A DNA stretch of 32,860 nt from Thermoanaerobaculia bacterium (GCA_045807605.1 JBJMGZ010000279.1:1-32860); one strand, 5' to 3'; positions 23,166-31,933 are shown, counted from the stretch's first letter. Numbers and translations: made by a program. Notes: generated by a model not told the origin, from the sequence alone.

Positions 23166-25535
23166 TCCGCCTGGATCGCGGCCGCGGCGGCGGCCCTGGT
23201 CGCGGTCTGGATGGACCTGTCGGCGCTCCACGCGTACCACACGGCCGACTCGTTCATCCCGGTCTTCGCCGGGCTCTACCGCTGGACCCCGTTCTTCTGG
23301 GAGCAGAACCGCTTCGGCCTGCTCATCCCGCTCCTCAGCCTGCCGATCGACTCGCCGTTCGCCAACCTGCTCTTCCAGGTGGGGCTGCGCCTCTTCGCGG
23401 TCGCCGCCGCCTTCTTCCTGCTCGCCCGGACCGTAGTGCCGCGGCCGTACTGGCCCGCGGTGGGAGCGCTGACGCTCGCGCTCTGGATCGGCGGCAAGGA
23501 GATCCAGGCGCATGCCTTCATCCAGATGCAGCCCTATGGCCAGGCCGCGGCGCTCGGCCTGGCCGGCCTGCTGCTCCTGGAGCGCGGGCCCGGGTGGCGC
23601 CGCGCGGCCGGGCTCGGGTTGATCCTCCTGGGCTCCTGGGTGTCGTTCACGGCCGTGCTCTGGCTCTTCCCCCTGGTGTGCGCCCGCTATCTTCTGTTCG
23701 ACAAGCTCCGGAAGGCCTGGCTCCCGCTCGCCGCCCTGGTCCTGTCGTCCGGCGCCAGCCTGCTCTTCTCGTGGCTGTCGATCTACCGGCTGTCGACCTC
23801 GTTCGCGGCGGCCGGCCCCGCGGACTGGCCGCGCGCCTGGCGCACGCTGGCGGCGCGGTCGGCGGACTACGTTTCGCTGCCGCTGGTGCTGGCCGCGCTC
23901 GGGCTGCTCGTCGTGGCCGCGCTCCTCAGGCGGCGGCTCGCGCTGTCGGCGGCGCTCTGCCTGCTGGCCGCGGGGCTGGGGGAGCTCCTCGTGGTCGGCA
24001 CCACGTTCTGGGCCGAGGCCAACGGCTGGAGCATCCGCTACGTGACCCTGGGGCTGCTCGCCCTGGGCATGCTCGCGCCCGCCCTGGCCCTCATCCTGGT
24101 GCTGGAGGGACGGCCGGAGCGCTGGCACCGGGCCGCGAACGCCCTGGCGCTCCTGGCGCTCTTCTCGGCCGCGGCGCTGCGCTACGGCGCGCCTTCCGTG
24201 CAGGCGGCGCGCGCCGCGCTCGACACGTTCGGAGGCGCCACGGAGGAGATCCTCGCCGCGCGCTGCACGCACATCCTCGGCGGCTACTGGCGCGCCTGGC
24301 CCGCGGCGTTCCATGCCGACATGGTGCGCTGGGAGCGCGGGGAGAGCACGCCGGTCTGGGTGATCACCTTCCGCTCCGGTCCGACCGAGCGCCTCTGGCG
24401 GCGCAAGGACTGGACCGGGACCCGCTTCGCCGTGCTGCGCGGCTTCCGCCAGGCGGCCGAGGACGCGCGCCGCCACGCCGGCCTGCCGCGGCTCGAGCTG
24501 ATCGAGGAGCGGCGGGACATCCTGGTCTACACGACACGCCGGGGCGGCCCGGATCTTGCTGTAAGCTCCGGCGCCATGACGAACGACCGCACGCCACAGA
24601 CCGTTTGCATCACCGGAGGAGCCGGCTTCATCGGCTCTCACCTTGCCGACGCCTTCCTCGCCCGCGACGGGCGGGTGCTGATCCTCGACGATCTTTCCGG
24701 AGGCCGGCGGGAGAACGTGCCCGCCGGCGCCGAGCTGCACGTGCTGGACATCCGCTCGCCCGAGGCGGCGGCGCTGGTGCGGGAGAGCGGCGTGGACGTG
24801 CTCGTCCATCACGCCGCGCAGATGGACGTGCGGCGCTCCGTGGAGGACCCCGCCTTCGACGCCGACGTGAACATCCTGGGCAGCCTCAACCTGGTAGATG
24901 CGGCGCGCCAGGGGGGCGTCAAGCAGGTGCTCTTCGCCTCGACCGGCGGCGCGATCTACGGCGAGCAGGACTACTTCCCGGCCGACGAGCAGCACCCGGC
25001 GCGGCCGGTGTCGCCCTACGGCGTCTCCAAGCTCGCGTTCGAGCGCTATCTCTTCTACTTTCACGTGGCCTACGGCCTCGACGCCGCCTGCCTGCGCTAC
25101 GCCAACGTCTATGGCGAGCGGCAGAACCCCCACGGCGAGGCCGGCGTGGTGGCGATCTTCCTGAGCCGCCTGCTCGCCGGCCAGGCGCCGACGATCAACG
25201 GCCCGGGGCTCCAGACGCGGGACTACGTGCACGTCTCCGACGTGGTGCGGGCGAACCTGCTGGCGGTGGGGAGGCCCGGCTTCCACATCTACAACGTGGG
25301 CACCGGCGTCGAGACCTCGGTCGTGGAGCTCTACCGCGAGCTTGCCCGCGCCGTGGGGAGCGATCTCGAGCCGCAGCACGGGCCGGCCAAGCCGGGCGAG
25401 CAGCAGCGCTCGGTCATCGACGCGCGCCTGATCAAGGCGCAGCTCGGCTGGCCCGACCCGCTGCCTCTGCGCCAGGGCATCGAGCGCACGGCCGCCTGGT
25501 TCCGCCAGCGCGCCGAGACCACCGTGCCGGCTTGA
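23133..25535 (+). CDS. Polytopic membrane protein (GT-C-like N-terminal motif) fused in frame to NAD-dependent sugar epimerase (GalE/SDR family)
   Basis: This is a single 800-aa frame with no stop. Residues ~1-370 are hydrophobic helices with 'YHTADSF' after TM1, followed by a ~110-aa soluble linker. From 24576 the sequence is 'MTNDRTPQTVCITGGAGFIGSHL...PVSPYGVSKLAFE...' (GxxGxxG and YxxxK of extended SDRs). The start is uncertain: GTG 23133, GTG 23163 or ATG 23211. Confidence 0.7.
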   Translation: MTVRGGPCSSVSAWIAAAAAALVAVWMDLSALHAYHTADSFIPVFAGLYRWTPFFWEQNRFGLLIPLLSLPIDSPFANLLFQVGLRLFAVAAAFFLLARTVVPRPYWPAVGALTLALWIGGKEIQAHAFIQMQPYGQAAALGLAGLLLLERGPGWRRAAGLGLILLGSWVSFTAVLWLFPLVCARYLLFDKLRKAWLPLAALVLSSGASLLFSWLSIYRLSTSFAAAGPADWPRAWRTLAARSADYVSLPLVLAALGLLVVAALLRRRLALSAALCLLAAGLGELLVVGTTFWAEANGWSIRYVTLGLLALGMLAPALALILVLEGRPERWHRAANALALLALFSAAALRYGAPSVQAARAALDTFGGATEEILAARCTHILGGYWRAWPAAFHADMVRWERGESTPVWVITFRSGPTERLWRRKDWTGTRFAVLRGFRQAAEDARRHAGLPRLELIEERRDILVYTTRRGGPDLAVSSGAMTNDRTPQTVCITGGAGFIGSHLADAFLARDGRVLILDDLSGGRRENVPAGAELHVLDIRSPEAAALVRESGVDVLVHHAAQMDVRRSVEDPAFDADVNILGSLNLVDAARQGGVKQVLFASTGGAIYGEQDYFPADEQHPARPVSPYGVSKLAFERYLFYFHVAYGLDAACLRYANVYGERQNPHGEAGVVAIFLSRLLAGQAPTINGPGLQTRDYVHVSDVVRANLLAVGRPGFHIYNVGTGVETSVVELYRELARAVGSDLEPQHGPAKPGEQQRSVIDARLIKAQLGWPDPLPLRQGIERTAAWFRQRAETTVPA

Positions 25536-25647
25536 GGAACTTTCCGCGCACAGCACCTCTCTAATCAGGACAGGAGCGCTCCTGGACCCCGCCTCGGGAT
25601 GGCCCGCGGGGGGAACGACCAAAACCTGACTCTGGAGGTGCACGGCG

Positions 25648-26424
25648 ATGTTCGAGCACTCGTTGATCGGTCTGGAAGCGCGCAAGAAGTCCCGCCGCGG
25701 CTGGTTCTCCCTGCCCATGGCCATCGCGATCCACCTGCTGGCCCTGGCGACCTTCACGTTCGCCAGCGTCTGGGATGTCGCCGCGGTGCCGGAGCCCCAG
25801 ACGAACGACATCTTCTACGTGAGCCTGCCTCCGCCGCCTCCGCCGCCGGCCCTCGGCGGTGGCAGACAGGAGACCCGGACGCCCGTCCGGCAGGAGGAGG
25901 TCAAGCCGCCGACGCCGCAGCAGACGGTGCAGCCTCCGAACGTTCTGACCGACCTCCCTCCGGTCGTGGCGCAGACGGTGACGACCGAAGAGGGCATCCC
26001 CGGTCTGCCCCCGGGTCCGGGGCGTCCCGACGGCACCGTCGGCGGGGACGAGAACGGCGACCCGGACAGCGAGGTGATCGGCAGCCTCACCAACGTCCCG
26101 CCGCCTCCGGTGGTCCAGGTGACGGACAACGAGCCGATCGTCGTGGGCGGCGCGGTGAAGAAGCCGGAGATCCTGGTGAAGACCCAGCCCCGCTACACGG
26201 AGCTGGCGCGGCGGGCGAACGTCGAGGGCGTCGTGATCCTGAAGGCGGTCATCGACGAGCGCGGCTACGTGACCGACCTCGAGGTGCTCAAGGACCTGCC
26301 CATGGGCCTCGACAAGGCCGCGATCGACGCGGTGCGCACCTGGCGCTTCAAGCCGGCCACCCTGCACGACCGGCCGGTGAAGGTGTACTTCAACCTGACC
26401 GTGAACTTCCAGATTCAGAGGTAA
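25648..26424 (+). CDS. tonB: TonB-family energy transducer
   Basis: 258 aa. The ATG is preceded by GGAGGTG. The N-terminal anchor is 'WFSLPMAIAIHLLALATFTF', followed by the Pro-rich linker 'LPPPPPPPALGG...KPPTPQQTVQPP'. The C-terminal TonB domain is 'PRYTELARRANVEGVVILKAVIDERGYVTDLEVLK...AAIDAVRTWRFKPA'. Confidence 0.85.
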   Translation: MFEHSLIGLEARKKSRRGWFSLPMAIAIHLLALATFTFASVWDVAAVPEPQTNDIFYVSLPPPPPPPALGGGRQETRTPVRQEEVKPPTPQQTVQPPNVLTDLPPVVAQTVTTEEGIPGLPPGPGRPDGTVGGDENGDPDSEVIGSLTNVPPPPVVQVTDNEPIVVGGAVKKPEILVKTQPRYTELARRANVEGVVILKAVIDERGYVTDLEVLKDLPMGLDKAAIDAVRTWRFKPATLHDRPVKVYFNLTVNFQIQR

Positions 26425-26427
26425 CCG

Positions 26428-26450
26428 GGGGCGGCCACGAGGGCCGCCCC
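26428..26450. terminator. GC-rich hairpin between convergent tonB-like and GerMN-like genes
   Basis: GGGGCGGCC (26428-26436), loop ACGAG, GGCCGCCCC (26442-26450) form a 9-bp perfect stem. There is no clear U tract on either strand. It overlaps the minus-strand stop codon. Confidence 0.45.
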
Positions 26451-27022
26451 TACTCGCCCTTCCCCGACAGCAGCCCCGCGAGCGGCTTGCCTTCGAGATA
26501 GAACGTGGCGCGCTGCACGTCCGGGAACTGCAGCGCGGTCTCGGTGAGCTGCGCGAGCACCCGCGGGCTGTCGCACTCGCCGCCGATCTCCAGGTAGCCC
26601 TTCAGGTGGACGCGGACCTCGGCTCCGGCGCGCTCGATGCGGTCGATCTCCAGGCGCGAGCCGTGGAGCGCGTTGTAGAAGCCGGTGCGCGAGTCCCAGG
26701 TCTCGCGCTGGGCGAGCAGCGCCTCCAGCGCCCCGCGGAGCGCCGGTCCGCGGCGGACGAGGCCGACCTCCACCGGCACGGCGCTGTCGCCGCAGCCCAC
26801 CCGCCGGCCCTCGACCCCGCCGTCCTCCATCGAGATCAGGAAGACGGGCGCCCGGTCCGTGACCGTGCCGGACTGGAGATCCGTGTGCGAATCGCCGGCG
26901 CCGCACGAGATGGCCACCAGGAGCGGCACCCAGAGCCCGCGCCAGCGGCGCTCACGCGCGCTCAGAACGCCGATACCAGACCTGGAAGGACCAGGCGAAA
27001 GGAACCTCCGCAGTCGGCTCAT
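26450..27022 (-). CDS. GerMN-domain-like putative lipoprotein
   Basis: The lipobox-like segment is 'LWVPLLVAISCGAG'. The body, 'PVFLISMEDGG...ALRGALEALLAQRE...RLEIDRIERAGAEVRVHLKGYL...LAQLTETALQFPDVQRATFYLEGKP', resembles GerMN. The start is uncertain. ATG 27022 overlaps folA by 71 nt. A CTG at 26965 would give an ideal 21-aa lipoprotein signal. Confidence 0.6.
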   Translation of the reverse strand: MSRLRRFLSPGPSRSGIGVLSARERRWRGLWVPLLVAISCGAGDSHTDLQSGTVTDRAPVFLISMEDGGVEGRRVGCGDSAVPVEVGLVRRGPALRGALEALLAQRETWDSRTGFYNALHGSRLEIDRIERAGAEVRVHLKGYLEIGGECDSPRVLAQLTETALQFPDVQRATFYLEGKPLAGLLSGKGE

Positions 27023-27464
27023 GGTCCTCGCGCTCCACGAGCCGCCACTCGGTCTCGTCAAATTCGGGAAAGTAGGCATCTCCAGGTATTTCTTCCTCGA
27101 TCCGTGTGAGCTGAAGCCGGTCCGCGACCGGCAGGGTCTGTCGGTAGATCTCTTCGCCGCCGGCCACGAACAGCTCGGTCTCGCCGGCCTCGCGCGCCAG
27201 CTCGAGGCCTTCCTGCACGGAGTGGGCCACGCGCACCCCCTCCGGTACAGAGCCTTCCTGCCGGCTGACCACGATCAAGGGCCTCCCCGGCAGCGGCCGG
27301 CGGCCGATGGAGTCGAACGTCTTGCGCCCCAGAAGCATCCTGTGGCCCATGGTGAGCTGCTTGAAGCGCCGGAGATCGGCCGGAAGGTGCCAGGGCAGCC
27401 CGTTGTCGAGCCCGATGACCCGGTTGCGCGCCATGGCCGCGATCAGGGTTATCTTCATGCTCAT
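26952..27464 (-). CDS. folA: Dihydrofolate reductase
   Basis: 170 aa. Motifs are '[50 protein letters not shown]' and '[10 protein letters not shown]'. The ATG overlaps the thyA stop (ATGA at 27461-27464). Confidence 0.95.
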   Translation of the reverse strand: MSMKITLIAAMARNRVIGLDNGLPWHLPADLRRFKQLTMGHRMLLGRKTFDSIGRRPLPGRPLIVVSRQEGSVPEGVRVAHSVQEGLELAREAGETELFVAGGEEIYRQTLPVADRLQLTRIEEEIPGDAYFPEFDETEWRLVEREDHEPTAEVPFAWSFQVWYRRSERA

Positions 27465-28255
27465 ACCGCGATCGGCGCCTTGATGGCCGGGTGGGGATCG
27501 TAGCCGGTGAGCTGGAAGTCCTCGTAGCGGTAGGCGAACAGGGACTTCACCTCGGGGCTGATCTCCATCCGCGGCAGCGGCCGCGGCTCGCGGGCGAGCT
27601 GCAGCCGCGCCTGCTCCAGGTGGTTGAGATAGAGGTGGGCGTCGCCCAGTGTGTGGACGAATTCGGCCGGCTCCAGGTCCGTGGCGCGGGCCACCATCAT
27701 CGTGAGGAGAGCGTAGGAGGCGATGTTGAACGGCACGCCGAGGAACACGTCGGCGCTCCTCTGGTAGAGCTGGCAGGAGAGGCGCCCGTTCGCCACCCAG
27801 AACTGGAACAGGGTGTGGCAGGGAGGGAGCTTCATCCTGTCCACCTCGGCCACGTTCCAGGCGCTCACGATATGGCGCCGGGAGTCGGGGTTGCGCCGGA
27901 TCTGCTCGACGACCTTCGCGATCTGGTCGATGCTGCCGCCGTCCGGAGTCGGCCACGAGCGCCACTGCCTGCCGTAGACCGGGCCGAGCTCGCCGTCCGC
28001 GTCGGCCCACTCGTCCCAGATCGTCACCCCGTGCTCGCGCAGGTAGGCGACGTTGGTGCTGCCCGACAGGAACCAGAGCAGCTCGTGGAGGATCGAGCGC
28101 AGGTGGAGCTTCTTGGTGGTGAGCGCCGGGAACCCCTGGGCCAGGTCGAAGCGCATCTGGTAGCCGAAGACGCTGAGCGTCCCGGTGCCGGTCCGGTCGG
28201 ACTTCTCGACCCCGTGCTCCAGGATGTGCCGGAGGAGGTCCAGGTATTGCAACAT
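27461..28255 (-). CDS. thyA: Thymidylate synthase (ThyA type)
   Basis: 264 aa. The sequence runs '[31 protein letters not shown]...[12 protein letters not shown]...[24 protein letters not shown]...GDAHLYLNH...IAV', including the catalytic Cys motif PPCH. The track ORF upstream of 28255 is shadow. Confidence 0.97.
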   Translation of the reverse strand: MLQYLDLLRHILEHGVEKSDRTGTGTLSVFGYQMRFDLAQGFPALTTKKLHLRSILHELLWFLSGSTNVAYLREHGVTIWDEWADADGELGPVYGRQWRSWPTPDGGSIDQIAKVVEQIRRNPDSRRHIVSAWNVAEVDRMKLPPCHTLFQFWVANGRLSCQLYQRSADVFLGVPFNIASYALLTMMVARATDLEPAEFVHTLGDAHLYLNHLEQARLQLAREPRPLPRMEISPEVKSLFAYRYEDFQLTGYDPHPAIKAPIAV

Positions 28256-28273
28256 GCCGCGTGACTGTATCAT
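28247..28273 (+). promoter_or_regulatory. Weak candidate promoter for lemA, inside the thyA 5' end
   Basis: TTGCAA (28247-28252), a 15-nt spacer (short) and TATCAT (28268-28273) lie about 22 nt upstream of the lemA ATG. The GGAGGGAGGAGAG SD sits in between. This is resemblance only. Confidence 0.25.
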
Positions 28274-28294
28274 CCACCCGAGGAGGGAGGAGAG

Positions 28295-28927
28295 ATGAAA
28301 AACATCGGCTGTCTGGTGGTCGCTGGAGTGCTGGTCCTGCTGGTCCTCTGGGGCATCGGCTCCTACAACGGGCTCGTCGGGGCCCAGCAGGCCGTCGAAG
28401 CGCAATGGGCGCAGGTGCAGTCCTCGTATCAGCGCCGGGCCGACCTGATCCCGAACCTGGTGAGGACCGTGCAGGGCTCGGCCAACTTCGAGCGCGGCAC
28501 GCTCAAAGACGTGGTCGAGGCGCGCGCCCGCGTCGGCCAGGTCACACCGCAGGCCACGAGCGAGATCCTCAACGATCCCCAGAAGTTCCAGCAGTTCCAG
28601 CAGGCCCAGGACCAGCTGTCCTCGGCCCTGTCGCGATTGCTGGTTGTGGTCGAGCGCTACCCGGAGCTGCGCTCCACGCAGGCGTTCCAGGACCTGATGA
28701 ACCAGCTCGAGGGCACCGAGAACCGGATCAACGTGGAGCGCAACCGCTTCAACCAAGTGGCGCAGGACTACAACACCCGGATCAAGCGCTTCCCCACGGC
28801 CCTGTTCGCCAACATCTTCGGCTTCCAGCCGAGGCCCTACTTCGAGGCCCAGCCCGGCGCCGAGACCGCGCCGAAAGTGGACTTCTCCGGCATGGAGCCG
28901 AAGGCCCCGGCCACGGCCACACCCTAA
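28295..28927 (+). CDS. lemA: LemA family membrane protein
   Basis: 210 aa. The N-terminal TM is '[18 protein letters not shown]'. It continues '[33 protein letters not shown]...[36 protein letters not shown]...YNTRIKRFP', which is characteristic of LemA. Confidence 0.9.
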   Translation: MKNIGCLVVAGVLVLLVLWGIGSYNGLVGAQQAVEAQWAQVQSSYQRRADLIPNLVRTVQGSANFERGTLKDVVEARARVGQVTPQATSEILNDPQKFQQFQQAQDQLSSALSRLLVVVERYPELRSTQAFQDLMNQLEGTENRINVERNRFNQVAQDYNTRIKRFPTALFANIFGFQPRPYFEAQPGAETAPKVDFSGMEPKAPATATP

Positions 28928-28930
28928 TGC

Positions 28931-28992
28931 AAAAAAGATGTAGGGGAGGGGTTTACCCCCTCCCGGGCGGGGGCAAGCCCCGCCCCTACATC
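28931..28992 (-). terminator. Composite GC-rich palindromic terminator (intrinsic for the minus-strand protease operon; also placed to stop lemA)
   Basis: The outer arms are GATGTAGGGG (28937-28946) and CCCCTACATC (28983-28992). Two inner hairpins lie between them: GGGG-TTTA-CCCC at ~28948-28959, and GGGCGGGG-GCAAG-CCCCGCCC at 28965-28985. On the minus strand the structure is followed by TTTTTT (28931-28936). It starts 8 nt after the astacin-like stop. Confidence 0.7.
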
Positions 28993-29000
28993 GAGATCGG

Positions 29001-30101
29001 TCAGGCCTTCTTCGCCGACACCTTGTAGCTGCCCGTGCCCGTCGGGCTGAAGTGGCGCAGCCGCAGCCAGTACTGGCCTGCCTGCAGGCTGGCCGTGATC
29101 AGGGCGTTGCGGCCCTGGCCGCTGTCGTCGTCCTCGGCCACCAGCTTCTTGATGTCCTCCGGACCGAGCAGCGACATCACCACGTCGGTGCTCCCCTGGG
29201 TCTCGAACCGGTACTTGCCGGCGGCGTCGATCTTGACCCGGTAGAGGTCCTCCTCGCCGTGCTTGCCGATCGACGCGGAGACAGTGGAGCCGACCTTGAG
29301 CTCCGTGCCCTCCGGCGGCTTCGTGGTGGTGGCGAGGGGATAGGCGACGCCGATGAACTCCTTGTCCGTGTCCGACAGCTTCTTGTTCCAGCCGATCTCG
29401 AAATCGCCGAGGGTCAGCGCGTTGTCCACCGGGTAGAGCATGATCGACTTCGTGTCGAAGGCCGAGAACTGCGTCGAGCTGGCGCTGTAGCGCTGGAAGA
29501 GGTTGGTCTCCACCTGCTCGCGGGTCCAGTTGTTCGGCGGTCCCATGTAGTAGCGGAAGACCGCGTCGCGGTCCCAGGGGATGCCGGCGTTCGGGTGCTG
29601 GTGCTCGTGGATGCAGCCCAGGGCGTGGCCGAACTCGTGCACCACCGTGCGCTCGTACTCCTCGTCCGGGGTGGAGGTCGTGAACCAGCCGAAGTTCATG
29701 GTCGACTGGTTCTTGGGGATGACGAGGTTGTCGGTGCCGATGTAGGACCAGGAGCCGTCCTTCTGGAAGGCGATGCGGATCTCGGCGTCGGGGCTGTTGT
29801 CGAACTCCAGCTTGATGTTCGCGAACTGGCACCACTGCACGGCGAACTGCTTGACCTTGGCCTGGATCTGCGGCTGGCCTTCGAGGAAGCGCACGTGCAG
29901 GGTGCGGCCGTTCTGCCACTTCTTGCCGGTGACGAGCGCGAGCTGCAACGGCGAGGGCGCGACACCCATGCCGGGGCGGTGGCGGAAGATCGGCAGGTTC
30001 GAGGGGTTCTCCTCGACCGCCCTCTCCGCGGCCTCCACCTGCAGCGCGGGCGGCAGGACCATGTCGAGACAGACGTGCGGGATTTTCTCTTCTTCGGGCA
30101 T
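29001..30101 (-). CDS. Astacin-like (M12A-type) zinc metalloprotease with C-terminal PPC-like beta domain, no signal peptide
   Basis: ATG at 30101, 366 aa, with an AGGAAA SD-like sequence 8 nt upstream. The zinc site '[14 protein letters not shown]' matches HExxHxxGxxHE, and the Met-turn is 'SIMLY'. The C-terminus, '[35 protein letters not shown]...[14 protein letters not shown]...[13 protein letters not shown]', resembles a bacterial pre-peptidase C-terminal domain. The N-terminus '[15 protein letters not shown]' is not a signal peptide. The track ORF upstream to 30815 is shadow. Confidence 0.85.
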   Translation of the reverse strand: MPEEEKIPHVCLDMVLPPALQVEAAERAVEENPSNLPIFRHRPGMGVAPSPLQLALVTGKKWQNGRTLHVRFLEGQPQIQAKVKQFAVQWCQFANIKLEFDNSPDAEIRIAFQKDGSWSYIGTDNLVIPKNQSTMNFGWFTTSTPDEEYERTVVHEFGHALGCIHEHQHPNAGIPWDRDAVFRYYMGPPNNWTREQVETNLFQRYSASSTQFSAFDTKSIMLYPVDNALTLGDFEIGWNKKLSDTDKEFIGVAYPLATTTKPPEGTELKVGSTVSASIGKHGEEDLYRVKIDAAGKYRFETQGSTDVVMSLLGPEDIKKLVAEDDDSGQGRNALITASLQAGQYWLRLRHFSPTGTGSYKVSAKKA

Positions 30102-30115
30102 GCTCTGTTTCCTTT

Positions 30116-31888
30116 CTAACCGCGGCTGCGGTACTCCACCAAATCGTAGAACGCACCGGCGTCGACGCCGGGCGGAGGGATCGGTCGTGCGGAAGACGGG
30201 GCCGGCCTGGGCTCGGGGGCCTTCGGCTCCGAAGAGGAGACCGCTGCGGCGACGTGCAGCATGCGGGCGGTCGCGCGGACGCGCATCACGCCGTTGCTCT
30301 TCTCGACGCGCAGCCCCGCCCCTCCGTCCTCGCTCAGAGCGCCGGCTGCCGCGAGCTTGCGCAGCATCTCGTCGCGGTCGGCCGGCTGCTCGCCCTTCCA
30401 CTGCGAGGTGAGCCGCGCCCGCACCGTGCGGGTCTCCCAGTCGATCGCGAGGGTGGTGCCCACGGTGATCTGGCGCTTGCCTGGTATCTGGAGGGGGGGG
30501 CTGCCGGTGCCGTTGGGCTCCTCCTGGTCCCAGGAGACCTTGAAGATCAGCTCGCGGATCGGCTCGGGATCGGCTCCCTTGGTGCGGTAGTACAGCTTGG
30601 TCGTGTCGAGCCGCGGGCAGACGCGGAACGCGATCCCGTCGGGGATGCCGAGGAATTCCCGGTTCTTGTCCGCGAACCGGTAGGCGGCCCAGTCGCTGTC
30701 CGCGAGCGTCTGGAGCTCCACCTTGGCCAGCGGCCTGTAGCGGACGTTGGTCTCGACCTCCAGGGCGGCCTTGTCCGGCACCAGGGCGCGGCGGACGAAC
30801 TCTTCGCAGATCCACTGCCGTTCCTGCCCGTCCTTGGGATGGGCGGCCTGGTCGGAGGCGAGGATGGCGCGGCCATAGTCGCCGAAGGAGACCTCGCCCG
30901 GCGGCAGGTAGTCGAGGGCGCGCAGGATCATCCGCTTGAAGCGCTCGCCGCCCACGAAGAGCGCCTTGCCCGAGCCGGAGTAGCCGGTCGAGAGCGCGCC
31001 ATGGATCTTGACCATGACCGTGTAGAGCGCGCCGGAGAGCGCCTCGGAGAGCGAGTGCGGCTCGTAGCGGTTGACCCGGTTGGGCACGCCGTTCTCGTCG
31101 AGCGACGTGTCCTCGCGGTTGAGCGTCTTCTCGTTGAGGAGCGAGCGCAGGTAGCGCGCCGCGCCCGTGGGGTCGCGCGCCATGCCGAACTCCGGCGCGA
31201 CCGTGGCGAAGGCGGTCGAATCGGCGATGGAGCCGTTCGTGGCCTTGAGCACCGCCTGGCGGAGCTTGGAGCTGCGGAACGACATCAGCAGGGCCGTCAG
31301 GTCGGCGATGGCCTCGTGGAGGGCGAGCGACTGCGGCGTGAGCGAGTTGTAGAGGTCGGGCGCGATGCCGTCGAGGATGGCGTGGCCGGTCTCGTGCGAG
31401 ATGATGTCGCGCGACAGGCAGGCGCAGGCGGGCGGCCTGCCGGCCCGGGAGATATGGAAGAGCTGCAGGCTATGCGACTCGCGCTCGTAGAACGCGTTGG
31501 CCTTCTCGCCGGCGCGGGGCACGACCAGGAGCTGCGGCGCGCCGAACGCCCAGGTGAGCCGCCGGCCGAGGGCGTCGGGCTCCTCGTACATGTACATGGT
31601 ACGGAGCACCGTGGCGAAGGCGTTTACCTGCTGGAACGAGCGCCCGTAGATGCCCTCCTCGGCGGGGCACTCGTAGCCGCCGAGCTTGCGCTTGCCGGGA
31701 TCGGCGAAGCGGGCGCCCGGCAGCACCGTGCCGTTGTCGGTGTCGAAGTCGAGCACGGCCACGCGGCGGCTGACCGGTCCGTCCAGGAAGAAGTCCTCGT
31801 CGCGGGTGTCGAACATCTCGAAGTCGTCCAGGCCGGCGTACCTGGACGTCTCCGGATCGTCGAGCTTCATGGGGAGCCTGGCTTTCAC
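30116..31888 (-). CDS. Thermolysin-like (M4-type gluzincin) metalloprotease homolog, no signal peptide
   Basis: The GTG start at 31888 has AGGAGG 6 nt upstream; the in-frame ATG at 31870 is an alternative. The catalytic-core order is 'ANAFYERESHSL', then 'DIISHETGHAILD' (HExxH), then 'LHEAIADL' about 20 residues later (third-ligand Glu motif). The acidic N-terminus has no hydrophobic leader. I do not recognise the ~300-aa C-terminal region. Confidence 0.7.
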   Translation of the reverse strand: MKARLPMKLDDPETSRYAGLDDFEMFDTRDEDFFLDGPVSRRVAVLDFDTDNGTVLPGARFADPGKRKLGGYECPAEEGIYGRSFQQVNAFATVLRTMYMYEEPDALGRRLTWAFGAPQLLVVPRAGEKANAFYERESHSLQLFHISRAGRPPACACLSRDIISHETGHAILDGIAPDLYNSLTPQSLALHEAIADLTALLMSFRSSKLRQAVLKATNGSIADSTAFATVAPEFGMARDPTGAARYLRSLLNEKTLNREDTSLDENGVPNRVNRYEPHSLSEALSGALYTVMVKIHGALSTGYSGSGKALFVGGERFKRMILRALDYLPPGEVSFGDYGRAILASDQAAHPKDGQERQWICEEFVRRALVPDKAALEVETNVRYRPLAKVELQTLADSDWAAYRFADKNREFLGIPDGIAFRVCPRLDTTKLYYRTKGADPEPIRELIFKVSWDQEEPNGTGSPPLQIPGKRQITVGTTLAIDWETRTVRARLTSQWKGEQPADRDEMLRKLAAAGALSEDGGAGLRVEKSNGVMRVRATARMLHVAAAVSSSEPKAPEPRPAPSSARPIPPPGVDAGAFYDLVEYRSRG

Positions 31889-31933
31889 CGTGGACCTCCT
31901 GCGGTGTGGTGGGTGGGTTTCTGAAATGCTTTC

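Noticed and set aside
25571-25584. A perfect 14-bp palindrome CAGGAGCGCTCCTG between the epimerase stop and tonB.
   Set aside because: It is short and isolated, with no U tract (a poor terminator), and it resembles no operator I know (a Fur box would be AT-rich). It may be a weak hairpin or a chance palindrome in GC-rich DNA.
23058-25811. ORFs 23058-25811 (-, 917 aa) and 23153-25564 (+, 803 aa).
   Set aside because: They are shadow frames of the membrane-epimerase gene. They show no TM or SDR motifs and have highly biased composition.
25840-25990. The proline-run and Pro-rich segment in the tonB-like gene, as a possible nucleotide repeat.
   Set aside because: It is the normal Pro-rich periplasm-spanning linker of TonB proteins, not a DNA repeat element.
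26854-26866. A 13-mer GGTCCGTGACCGT identical to 23128-23140 of the heptamer element, suggesting a second copy.
   Set aside because: It is a single heptamer plus flank inside the GerMN-like coding region (codons for T-V-T-D-R). It has no phased neighbours. This is most simply coincidence driven by codon usage. It is worth including in a genome-wide motif search but is not evidence on its own.
30493-30500. A G8 (C8 on the coding strand) homopolymer inside the M4-like protease gene, as a possible phase-variation tract.
   Set aside because: G6-G7 runs occur in several other genes in this window (for example near 13291 and 21471). G/C runs are therefore a compositional feature, and the tract encodes an ordinary Pro-Pro stretch.
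31903-31917. The G/T-rich tract GGTGTGGTGGGTGGG in the divergent region between the protease operon and the pseudouridine synthase gene, as a possible G-quadruplex.
   Set aside because: Two of the four runs have only two Gs, so at best this is a weak two-tetrad candidate. There is no supporting evidence.
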